Below, one piece after another: positions 1-8,802 of a stretch of DNA of 57,867 bases. Position 1 is the first letter of the stretch; every line of letters starts with the position of its first letter. The notes below the pieces were generated by a model. That model was not told the origin of the DNA, made no database searches, and was given only the letters and a program-made list of their open reading frames with translations. The DNA is from an uncultured virus (IMG/VR IMGVR_UViG_3300043772_001084). Its lineage: Duplodnaviria; Heunggongvirae; Uroviricota; Caudoviricetes. Location: the IMG/VR virus record IMGVR_UViG_3300043772_001084; one strand, written 5' to 3'. A program made the translations under genes and the position numbers.

Positions 1-1
1 A

Positions 2-136
2 AAATCTTTTTTTGATAATGGTTTTATTTGGACACCAATTAAAGGTATTATCAATACAAATAATACTGAATTTGTTTATGATATTGAAGTAGATGAAGAC
101 CATTCATTCACAGCAAATGGTTGTATCGCTCATAAT
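2..136 (+). mobile_element. Intein, C-terminal splicing region (blocks F/G)
   Basis: Translation VYDIEVDEDHSFTANGCIAHN followed by C; canonical His-Asn/Cys splice junction at 136/137. Confidence 0.92.
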
Positions 137-925
137 TGTCAAGACATTTCAATTTCCGGGGTTCAAAAAGGAATTAAAGAAGGAACAAGAAGTGGGCTGT
201 TATTTGAAGTCGAGAGATTATTAAGTATCAATAGACCAAAGTTTCTTTTAATGGAAAATGTTAAAAATCTAATTTCAAAAAACCACATTGATAATTTTCA
301 AAAACACATATACTTCTTACGAGGACTTGGATATAGTTCATTCTGGAGAGTATTGAATGGGGCTGATTTCGGATGCCCCCAAAATAGAGAAAGAGTTTTT
401 ATGATGTCAGTTCTTAATAGTAGTATTGATGATGTTAGAGAAAAGATGACAAATGTAGATAATCATAAAAAAGAAAGATTACCAATGAGATCATTTATAG
501 ATCAAAATTTTAACGAATCTTTAATTGTTGATTGTCACTTTACACCACACCAACCAAAAAAACATACAATCTGTAAGTTAGTTGGTAGAAGAGATGATAT
601 TAGTTACGATCAAGCAAGAAGAATTTATTCTGTTGATGGTTGTTCACCAACACTAACAACAAGTGGATCACCGCAAATTCTAACAGAAGATGGTAGAGTA
701 AGAACTATTACAGCAAGAGAAGGGTATAGATTTATGGGTGTTAAAGAACAAGATATTGATTTATTACTTACAACATCATTATCAAATACGGCACATGTTG
801 CACTAGCTGGAAACTCAATTTGTGTTCCGGTAATGGAAGCGATCTTTACGGAGTTTTTCTCTGACTATATCACAAAAGAAGAACCAATATTGTCAAACCC
901 ACTTAACGAAGAAATTAATGACTAA
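2..925 (+). CDS. C5 DNA cytosine methyltransferase, intein-containing (5' end outside window)
   Basis: Frame is open from nt 2, upstream of the tracked ATG at 251. It reads ..HN|CQDISISG (motif IV), FLLMENV (VI), PQNRERVF (VIII) and LAGNSICVPV (X). Confidence 0.92.
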   Translation, partial: KSFFDNGFIWTPIKGIINTNNTEFVYDIEVDEDHSFTANGCIAHNCQDISISGVQKGIKEGTRSGLLFEVERLLSINRPKFLLMENVKNLISKNHIDNFQKHIYFLRGLGYSSFWRVLNGADFGCPQNRERVFMMSVLNSSIDDVREKMTNVDNHKKERLPMRSFIDQNFNESLIVDCHFTPHQPKKHTICKLVGRRDDISYDQARRIYSVDGCSPTLTTSGSPQILTEDGRVRTITAREGYRFMGVKEQDIDLLLTTSLSNTAHVALAGNSICVPVMEAIFTEFFSDYITKEEPILSNPLNEEIND

Positions 926-1934
926 AACCTTATTGGTTGATGGTAACAACCTATTAAAGATAGGCGTACACGGTGTTAGGGATTTCTTTAACAATGGAGA
1001 ACATGTTGGTGGAACTTGGCATTTTCTAAACACTTTAAGAAGATTTTTAGAGGAAAATAATTACAATAAAGTTGTAGTTTGTTGGGATAGTGAAACCGGA
1101 TCTTCACAGAGAAGAATTATCTATCCCAAATACAAACTAAATAGAAAACAAAAAAACGAAGAAGATTTTAAAGAACAATCTTTTATTACTCAAAAAAATA
1201 GGGTAAAACAATACCTTGAAGAAATGTTTGTAAGACAATTGGAAGTAGAACAATCGGAGGCCGACGATTTGATTGCTTATTATTGTCAAATTTCTGAAGA
1301 TGAAGATAAAACTATATTTTCATCTGATAGAGACCTAACACAACTTATTTCAGAGAAGGTAACCATATATTCACCCCAACAAAAAAGATATTATAAGAAT
1401 GGTGATGGGATTAAAATTTATGAATCCGAAATACCACATTATAATGTTAAAACCTACAAAATATTAACTGGTGATAGTTCAGATAATATTGATGGTATTT
1501 TTTATTTGGGTGAAAAAACATTTCTTAAATTGTTTCCGGAGATACTTGATACAGAATTAAAATATACTGATATTTTAACAAAGGCTGAAAAGTTACTTTC
1601 GGAACAGAAAGGAAATGTTGCCTTACAAAATCTCTTAAGTGGGAAAACCAAAGAGGGAATATTTGGAGAAGAGTTTTTCACAATTAACGAAAAAATAGTG
1701 GACCTAGCTAATCCACTAATTTCGGAAGAAGGAAAAGAATTGGTTAGATTATATCATTCGGAGTCTTTGGATCCAGACGGAAGAGGGCATAGAAATTTAA
1801 TTAAAATGATGATGGAAGACGGTTTCTTCAAATTTCTCCCAAAGGGTGATGACGCTTGGGTAAATTTTTTAAAACCATTTTTAAAACTATCAAGAAAAGA
1901 AAAAACAAATTTTAGAAACAAAACAAAAAAGTAA
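918..1934 (+). CDS. 5'-3' exonuclease / flap endonuclease (Pol I N-terminal, T4 RNase H-like)
   Basis: LLVDGNN, YPKYKLNR, EADDLIA, SSDRDLTQL and GDSSDNIDGI..LGEKT motifs. Confidence 0.92.
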   Translation: MTKTLLVDGNNLLKIGVHGVRDFFNNGEHVGGTWHFLNTLRRFLEENNYNKVVVCWDSETGSSQRRIIYPKYKLNRKQKNEEDFKEQSFITQKNRVKQYLEEMFVRQLEVEQSEADDLIAYYCQISEDEDKTIFSSDRDLTQLISEKVTIYSPQQKRYYKNGDGIKIYESEIPHYNVKTYKILTGDSSDNIDGIFYLGEKTFLKLFPEILDTELKYTDILTKAEKLLSEQKGNVALQNLLSGKTKEGIFGEEFFTINEKIVDLANPLISEEGKELVRLYHSESLDPDGRGHRNLIKMMMEDGFFKFLPKGDDAWVNFLKPFLKLSRKEKTNFRNKTKK

Positions 1935-1938
1935 AAAA

Positions 1939-2388
1939 ATGAGAGAACAGGAAATAACAAAGTTAGAATTTTTGTTAATGTGTAATGACAACATTGTAGT
2001 TCAAAGATTTTTCAATGTCAAAGGGTTTAATAGAAACGCTAGTAAATCTGAAGAATTTTATGACTACATCAGAACTTTCTGTAACGAACTTCAATATAAT
2101 TTGAAGATGAGATCGGTGGTTTATATGTTGGATAATCAGTATGAAATTTCTGAAAATCCGGAGGTATTAAACACATCAATTACAGATGGTGATGAAAATT
2201 TTAACCTATATATTAAGGTTGGGGACATGACAATTTGTCATAGAACATTTGACGCAAAACCATACCCACCAAAGGTCAGATATACCGTAGACCTACGCCC
2301 AAAGCTAAAAGGTATCCTAACAGACCTGACTGACATTTTTTCAGGTAAAAAATTTAATTATTTTTATCCACAATTTATTCAAAACTAA
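1939..2388 (+). CDS. hypothetical protein
   Basis: 149-aa ORF tightly packed between replication genes. Confidence 0.7.
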   Translation: MREQEITKLEFLLMCNDNIVVQRFFNVKGFNRNASKSEEFYDYIRTFCNELQYNLKMRSVVYMLDNQYEISENPEVLNTSITDGDENFNLYIKVGDMTICHRTFDAKPYPPKVRYTVDLRPKLKGILTDLTDIFSGKKFNYFYPQFIQN

Positions 2389-2422
2389 TAGTATTTATCA
2401 TTACTGATAGGAGGAAAAAATT

Positions 2423-3811
2423 ATGGCGACAAACAAAAACTTTGAGTATCTTGGAAACAATTTTCAAATTCAATTACTTAACCAAATCATTTTAGATAAG
2501 GATTTTTCACATTCAATTGTGGATGTAATTGAGAACAATTATTTTGAAAACAAATACTTCAAAATAATTATTCAAATGATTAAGGAGTATTATAAAAAAT
2601 ACGATCATACTCCGTCTTTTGATACTTTAGAACAAGTCGCAAAATCCGAATTACAACAAGAAACAGCAATTAAGGTTGTTCTTGATACAATCAAGAAAAT
2701 TAAGGATGCACCTATTGAGGGAGCCGATTTTGTCCAAGAAAAGGCACTTAAATTCTGTAAGCAACAAGAGTTACAGAAGGTAATGAAAAAAGCTCAAAAA
2801 ATCATTGACGGTGGTGAGTTTGAAAACTATGACACACTTGAGGAAATGGTTAGAGAAGCATTACTAGTTGGTTCAAAAGATACATCAACAATGAGTGTTT
2901 TTTCAAACATAGACCAAGTATTAGAAGATGATTACCGACACCCAATTCCGATGGGAATACCAGGTATTGACAGATTGTTAAAGGGAGGACTAGCAAAAGG
3001 TGAAATTGGTGTAATCCTTGCTCCTACCGGAGTTGGAAAATCAACCATTCTTACAAAGATTTCAAACCACGCGTTTAACCTTGGATTTAATGTCTTACAA
3101 ATATTTTTTGAAGACAACCCAAAAGTGATTCAGAGAAAACATTTTACACTCTGGACCAAGATTCACCCTGACGAATTGTCAGAAAAAAGAGATGAGGTGA
3201 CGAAAAAAGCAAAAGAAATTGAGGAAACAATGTCAAATACTTTGGATTTGAAAAAATTACCATCAGACACCGTAACTATGCTTCAAATTAAAAATGAAAT
3301 CAGAAAGATGATTGCTGACGGTAATAAAATAGATATGGTTGTTTTGGATTACATTGATTGTATTGTTCCGGACAAAAACCTAGGAGATGAGTGGAAGAGT
3401 GAGGGTTCGGTAATGAGAGGATTTGAAGCTATGTGTCACGAATTAAACATCGTTGGTTGGACGGCAACCCAGGGAAATAGATCATCAATTTCTTCGGAAG
3501 TAGTTACGACTGACCAGATGGGTGGCTCAATTAAAAAGGCACAAGTAGGGCATGTTATTATTTCGGTAGCAAAGACATTACAACAAAAAGAAATGAAATT
3601 GGCCACAATTGCAATTACCAAGTCTCGTATTGGGGATGATGGTGTGGTGTTTGAAAATTGCAAGTTTGATAATGCGATGATTGAAATAGATACTGAATCC
3701 ACAACTACATTCTTGGGTCTTGAAGAACAAAAAGAAGAAAGACAACGACAAAGAGTTAAGGAATTGTTGGAAAAAAGACAACAAAAAGAACAAGAAAAAC
3801 AAAAATCTTAA
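2423..3811 (+). CDS. dnaB: Replicative DNA helicase, DnaB/T4 gp41-like
   Basis: Walker A APTGVGKST, Walker B VVLDYID, WTATQGNR, ITKSR. Confidence 0.9.
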   Translation: MATNKNFEYLGNNFQIQLLNQIILDKDFSHSIVDVIENNYFENKYFKIIIQMIKEYYKKYDHTPSFDTLEQVAKSELQQETAIKVVLDTIKKIKDAPIEGADFVQEKALKFCKQQELQKVMKKAQKIIDGGEFENYDTLEEMVREALLVGSKDTSTMSVFSNIDQVLEDDYRHPIPMGIPGIDRLLKGGLAKGEIGVILAPTGVGKSTILTKISNHAFNLGFNVLQIFFEDNPKVIQRKHFTLWTKIHPDELSEKRDEVTKKAKEIEETMSNTLDLKKLPSDTVTMLQIKNEIRKMIADGNKIDMVVLDYIDCIVPDKNLGDEWKSEGSVMRGFEAMCHELNIVGWTATQGNRSSISSEVVTTDQMGGSIKKAQVGHVIISVAKTLQQKEMKLATIAITKSRIGDDGVVFENCKFDNAMIEIDTESTTTFLGLEEQKEERQRQRVKELLEKRQQKEQEKQKS

Positions 3812-3836
3812 ATAAAAATAATTAAATTTGTAAAAA

Positions 3837-5696
3837 ATGGATATTTCACAGAAAATATTGAGCGATATTACAGTGTATATGAAATACGCTAAATTTGTCC
3901 CTGAATTAAATAGAAGGGAAACTTGGGAAGAACTGGTGACTAGAAATAAAGAAATGCACCAAAGAAAATACCCACACATTAAAGATGAGATAGAAGAAGT
4001 ATATAAAATGGTATATGATAAAAAAATTCTTCCATCTATGAGATCATTACAGTTTGGTGGAAAACCAATTGAAATCTCACCAAACAGAGTTTATAACTGT
4101 GCTTATCTACCGATTGATCACACTGACGCATTCTCCGAAACAATGTTTCTACTTTTAGGTGGAACTGGAGTTGGGTTTTCAGTTCAAAAACATCATGTAG
4201 ATAAACTACCAGAAATTAAAAAACCAAACTCAACAAGAACAAGAAGATATTTGATTGGGGACTCAATTGAAGGTTGGGCTGACGCAATTAAAGTGTTAAT
4301 GGAATCTTATTTGGGTTCAAAATCTTCAACACCGGTGTTTGATTTTTCAGATATTCGTCAAAAAGGAGCATTACTTGTAACTTCTGGTGGAAAAGCACCT
4401 GGACCTCAGCCATTAAAAGACTGTATTCACAATATTACAAAAGTATTGGAAAACAAAAATGATGGTGATAAATTAACACCAATTGAAACTCACGACATCG
4501 TATGTCATATTGCTGATGCCGTGCTTGCCGGTGGTATTAGAAGAGCCGCACTTATTTCTTTATTTTCAGCAGATGATGATGAAATGATTTCTTGTAAGTC
4601 AGGAAATTGGTGGGAATCAAATCCACAAAGAGGTAGAGCAAATAACTCGGCTGTATTATTAAGACATAAAGTAACACAAGAATATTTTATGGACTTGTGG
4701 AAACGAATTGAATTATCTGGAGCTGGAGAACCTGGAATTTATTTATCAAATGATAAGGACTGGGGAACAAATCCATGTTGCGAAATCGCACTTCGTCCAT
4801 ACCAATTCTGTAACTTGTGTGAGGTGAATGCTTCAGATATTGAATCACAAGAAGATTTTGAAAAAAGAGTTAAAGGTGCTGCATTTATTGGAACATTACA
4901 AGCTGGATATACAGACTTTCATTACTTGAGAGATGTTTGGAAAAGAACAACTGAAAAAGACGCACTTATTGGTGTTGGAATGACAGGAATCGGATCTGGA
5001 GTTGTATTGGGTTATGATATGAAAGCGGCCGCTCAAGCTGTTAAAGAAGAAAACGAAAGAGTTGCCGGATTAATTGGTATTAACAAAGCCGCTAGAACAA
5101 CAACAGTTAAACCATCTGGAACATCATCACTTGTATTGGGAACTTCATCTGGTATTCACGCTTGGCATAATGACTTCTATTTAAGAAGAATTAGAGTTGG
5201 AAAAAATGAAGCAATCTATACATACCTTGCAATTAACCACCCAGAGTTAGTTGAAGATGAATATTTCCGTCCACACGACACTGCAGTAATTACAATTCCA
5301 CAAAGAGCACCAGAAGGGTCAATTTTGAGATATGAATCAGTATTCCAAATGTTGGAACGAGTGAAAAAAGTATCACAAGAGTGGGTTAAATCTGGACACA
5401 GAACAGGACAAAATACACACAATGTATCGGCAACAGTTTCAATTAAAGAAGATGAGTGGGATTTAGTTGGTGATTGGATGTGGAAAAATAGAAAATATTA
5501 CAACGGTTTATCAGTACTACCCTATAACGGAGGTACTTACACCCAGGCACCTTTTGAAGATTGTACTAAAGAAGATTTTGAAAGATTATCAACAACATTA
5601 AAAGATGTTGACCTTACAAAAGTTATTGAGTTACAAGATAACACCGATCTTCGTGGTGAGGCAGCTTGTGCTGGTGGTGCGTGTGAAATTGTTTAA
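3837..5696 (+). CDS. nrdJ: Class II (adenosylcobalamin-dependent, monomeric-type) ribonucleotide reductase
   Basis: LPSMRSL, YNC, GGTGVGF, TNPCCEI, TVKPSGT and C-terminal redox pair ACAGGACEI; no beta-subunit gene adjacent. Confidence 0.92.
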   Translation: MDISQKILSDITVYMKYAKFVPELNRRETWEELVTRNKEMHQRKYPHIKDEIEEVYKMVYDKKILPSMRSLQFGGKPIEISPNRVYNCAYLPIDHTDAFSETMFLLLGGTGVGFSVQKHHVDKLPEIKKPNSTRTRRYLIGDSIEGWADAIKVLMESYLGSKSSTPVFDFSDIRQKGALLVTSGGKAPGPQPLKDCIHNITKVLENKNDGDKLTPIETHDIVCHIADAVLAGGIRRAALISLFSADDDEMISCKSGNWWESNPQRGRANNSAVLLRHKVTQEYFMDLWKRIELSGAGEPGIYLSNDKDWGTNPCCEIALRPYQFCNLCEVNASDIESQEDFEKRVKGAAFIGTLQAGYTDFHYLRDVWKRTTEKDALIGVGMTGIGSGVVLGYDMKAAAQAVKEENERVAGLIGINKAARTTTVKPSGTSSLVLGTSSGIHAWHNDFYLRRIRVGKNEAIYTYLAINHPELVEDEYFRPHDTAVITIPQRAPEGSILRYESVFQMLERVKKVSQEWVKSGHRTGQNTHNVSATVSIKEDEWDLVGDWMWKNRKYYNGLSVLPYNGGTYTQAPFEDCTKEDFERLSTTLKDVDLTKVIELQDNTDLRGEAACAGGACEIV

Positions 5697-5698
5697 TT

Positions 5699-5779
5699 AT
5701 GAAAGTGACTTGGGGAAATGATGTAACGCTAACATATCAAGTATTACTAGCGTTCTATAATTTAAGAAAAAAAAATTAA
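5699..5779 (+). CDS. small hypothetical peptide (26 aa)
   Basis: MKVTWGNDVTLTYQVLLAFYNLRKKN exactly fills the gap between nrdJ and the next gene. Confidence 0.45.
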   Translation: MKVTWGNDVTLTYQVLLAFYNLRKKN

Positions 5780-5780
5780 A

Positions 5781-6017
5781 ATGACAGTAAGTGCATCAAA
5801 AGATTGGATACAACAGTTATATGTTCAGGAGACAACAAAAAAATCTCCTGAACCTGACTTTTATAAAGATAAATTTGGGAATATTGTTATGACCGAATCT
5901 TACCATATAAAACGAGGAAAATGTTGTGGCTCTGGTAATGGTTGCAGACACTGTCCATATGAACCACTTTACCAAAAAGGTAATACAAATTTAAAAGAAT
6001 CACTGAGAAATCGGTGA
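5781..6017 (+). CDS. DUF5522-like Cys-rich small protein
   Basis: RGKCCGSGNGCRHCPY motif. Confidence 0.75.
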   Translation: MTVSASKDWIQQLYVQETTKKSPEPDFYKDKFGNIVMTESYHIKRGKCCGSGNGCRHCPYEPLYQKGNTNLKESLRNR

Positions 6018-6026
6018 TTTTTTTTT
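5998..6026 (+). terminator. intrinsic terminator
   Basis: AATCACTGA-GAAA-TCGGTGATT followed by a T run. Confidence 0.85.
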
Positions 6027-6055
6027 GAACATATATTTATAATAAAAATTAAATT

Positions 6056-6352
6056 ATGAAAAAAATTGTAAGATTAACAGAATCAGATTTAACAAGAATC
6101 GTAAAGAGAGTAATTAGTGAATCAAATGAAGACCTATATAATATGGCAATACAAAGGATTAAAAAAAACCCATCAGGTTCATTAAAAGCTGTAAAATCTT
6201 ACAAACCAAAAAATCAAGAAGAAGAAAACGATAAGAATTTTTACATTACATTTATTGAATCGGTTATAAATAAATCACCTATGACACCAGTTGATTACAT
6301 TGGTAAAAGATTATCATATAATATGAGGTTATTTAATTTAATACCACTTTGA
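6056..6352 (+). CDS. hypothetical protein with putative capsid-targeting N-terminal helix
   Basis: N-terminus MKKIVRLTESDLTRIVKRVISE; TATTTAT upstream and a terminator downstream, so monocistronic. Confidence 0.7.
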   Translation: MKKIVRLTESDLTRIVKRVISESNEDLYNMAIQRIKKNPSGSLKAVKSYKPKNQEEENDKNFYITFIESVINKSPMTPVDYIGKRLSYNMRLFNLIPL

Positions 6353-6359
6353 TTATTTG

Positions 6360-6389
6360 AAACCCCACCCTCAACAAGTGGGGTTTTTT
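6360..6389 (+). terminator. intrinsic terminator
   Basis: AAACCCCAC-loop-GTGGGGTTT plus T tract. Confidence 0.8.
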
Positions 6390-6426
6390 ATTTATATAAA
6401 ATAACCAACCCTTATATTTATTTGAT

Positions 6427-6885
6427 ATGGCAAATGGGGTTACATATGGAATAAATTTTCCTTTTAGAGAATCTTTTACTGGTAGGTATTTAGATCTTTC
6501 AGATACAAGTGATGAGGAAATAAGAACTGATTTAGTCCATCTACTATTAACAAGAAAAGGAACCAGGTATTTTCTTCCGGATTTTGGAACAAGATTATAT
6601 GAATATATTTTTGAACCATTAGATGGGCCAACATTTTCAGACATTGAGGCTGAAATAAGAGATACTGTTGAAAAATATATTCCAGGAATACAAATTACAA
6701 ATATTAGTATTACTGACGCTTCAGATGGTGAAGAAAATAAAGGAACATTTGTTAATTCACAAGGAGAACGAGAATACACAGTCCAAGGTATTGGAGAAAA
6801 AGAGCATACAGCGAAAATAAAAATAAATTATAGAGTAACAAATCAAGCATTTGAGTCAACTGATTTTGTTATAATCAATATTTAA
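6427..6885 (+). CDS. Baseplate wedge subunit, gp25/GPW-like
   Basis: LLLTRKGTRYFLPDFGTRLYEYIFEP matches the gp25 family signature. Confidence 0.9.
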   Translation: MANGVTYGINFPFRESFTGRYLDLSDTSDEEIRTDLVHLLLTRKGTRYFLPDFGTRLYEYIFEPLDGPTFSDIEAEIRDTVEKYIPGIQITNISITDASDGEENKGTFVNSQGEREYTVQGIGEKEHTAKIKINYRVTNQAFESTDFVIINI

Positions 6886-6889
6886 TAGT

Positions 6890-8728
6890 ATGGCGGAAAA
6901 GAAAATATCATACACAGCTAGGGACTTTCAAACAATAAGAACCGAGTTAATCAATTTTACAAGAACTTATTACCCAGACCTTATTCAGAATTTCAATGAT
7001 GCTGGGGTGTTTTCTGTTCTTATGGACTTAAATGCGGCAGTAACGGACAATCTACATTTCCAAATAGATAGGAGTATTCAAGAAACCGTATTACAATACG
7101 CACAACAAAAATCATCAATTTACAATATAGCAAGAACTTATGGATTAAAAATACCAGGACAAAGACCATCAGTTGCATTAGTTGATTTTTCAATCACAGT
7201 TCCGGCTTTTGGTGATAAGGAAGATTTAAGATACTGTGGTGTTTTAAGAAGAGGATCACAAGCGTCCGGAGCGGGACAACCATTTGAGACCGTATATGAT
7301 ATTGACTTTGCATCACCAATTAATGCTGAAGGATCACCAAATAGATTAAAAATACCAAATTTTGATGCAAACGGAAAGTTATTAAATTATACAATTACAA
7401 AAAGAGAAGTTGTTGTAAATGGTATTACCAAAGTATTCAAAAGAGTAATTACACCAAATGATGTAAAACCTTATTTTGAATTATTTTTACCAGAAAAAAA
7501 TGTTTTGGGTATTACAAGTGTTATTTTAAAAGACGGAACACAATATACTAATATTCCAGAACCACAAGAATTTTTAGGTCTTGATAATAGATGGTATGAA
7601 GTAAAAGCTCTCGCTGAAGATAGGGTGTTTATTGAAGACCCAACAAAAGTATCAGACCAACCTGGAATTAAAGTTGGTAAATATGTTACAACAAATACAA
7701 AATTCATATCGGAATATACTCCGGAAGGTTATTTAAAAATGACATTTGGTGGTGGAAACATTTCGGCTGAAGAACAATTAAGAGAATTTGCAAGAACCGG
7801 AAATTCTTTTGATTTGAATAAGTATTCAAATAATTTAGCATTGGGTTCGGCATTAAAGTCAAACTCTACTTTGTTTATTCAATATAGAATTGGTGGCGGA
7901 CAAGCATCAAATCTTGGTGCAAATGTTATAACACAAATTGGTACTGTTTCATTTTTTGTTAATGGTCCATCTGAAAGTGTAAATAGAAGTGTAATTAACA
8001 CATTGAGATGTAATAATGTGACGGCAGCTATTGGGGGTGCAAACGCACCAACAACAGAAGATGTTAGACAAATGGTTTCGTTTAACTTTGCGGCACAAAA
8101 TAGAGCAACAACGATTAACGATTATGAGTCATTAATTAGAACAATGCCATCACAATTTGGAGCTCCAGCAAAAGTATCAATCACAGAAGAAAATAATAAG
8201 ATTAAAATTAAAATGTTGTCATTTGACGCTAGTGGTAATTTAACTGACACAATATCAAACACATTAAAAAATAATGTCGCCAATTATCTTTCAAATTATA
8301 GAATGATAAATGATTATATTTCCATTGAAAGTGCAAATCCGATTGATTTATCTATTGATGTTGATGTTGTTTTGGATGCGACACAAAACCAAGGTGCGCT
8401 TGTGTCTAAACTCATTAATTTGGTTACAACATTCTTTAGCCCTACAACAAGACAATTGGGTCAAAATGTTAATGTATCAGAATTGAGAAGAATTATTCAA
8501 AACGAAAATGGTATTGTTAGTATTTCAGATATTAGATTCTACAATAAAGTTGGGGGTCAATATTCATCAAATCAAACATCACAAAGATATTCTGATGCGG
8601 CAACAAAACAAATTCAGTTAATTAACGACACAATTTTTGCCGAACCAACACAGATTTATCAAATTAGATTCCCAAACAAAGATATTAATGTTAGGGTAAT
8701 TAATCTAAAAACCGTGAATTTTTCATAA
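6890..8728 (+). CDS. Baseplate wedge subunit, T4 gp6/Baseplate_J-like
   Basis: Y..RDFQTIR N-terminus, GGANAP, AQNRATTINDYE; follows gp25. Confidence 0.88.
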   Translation: MAEKKISYTARDFQTIRTELINFTRTYYPDLIQNFNDAGVFSVLMDLNAAVTDNLHFQIDRSIQETVLQYAQQKSSIYNIARTYGLKIPGQRPSVALVDFSITVPAFGDKEDLRYCGVLRRGSQASGAGQPFETVYDIDFASPINAEGSPNRLKIPNFDANGKLLNYTITKREVVVNGITKVFKRVITPNDVKPYFELFLPEKNVLGITSVILKDGTQYTNIPEPQEFLGLDNRWYEVKALAEDRVFIEDPTKVSDQPGIKVGKYVTTNTKFISEYTPEGYLKMTFGGGNISAEEQLREFARTGNSFDLNKYSNNLALGSALKSNSTLFIQYRIGGGQASNLGANVITQIGTVSFFVNGPSESVNRSVINTLRCNNVTAAIGGANAPTTEDVRQMVSFNFAAQNRATTINDYESLIRTMPSQFGAPAKVSITEENNKIKIKMLSFDASGNLTDTISNTLKNNVANYLSNYRMINDYISIESANPIDLSIDVDVVLDATQNQGALVSKLINLVTTFFSPTTRQLGQNVNVSELRRIIQNENGIVSISDIRFYNKVGGQYSSNQTSQRYSDAATKQIQLINDTIFAEPTQIYQIRFPNKDINVRVINLKTVNFS

Positions 8729-8778
8729 TAATTTATTTATTGGGTTTTAATCTTATTTTTCTAAAATAGGAAATAAAC

Positions 8779-8785
8779 TATTTAT
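8779..8785 (+). promoter_or_regulatory. putative phage late promoter TATTTAT (representative copy)
   Basis: Same heptamer 5-35 nt upstream of starts at 2392, 6034, 6415, 17842, 25042, 27195, 46913, 51096, 56226 (+) and 33907, 46702 (-). Confidence 0.7.
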
Positions 8786-8802
8786 CAAAAAAGTAGAATT
8801 TA

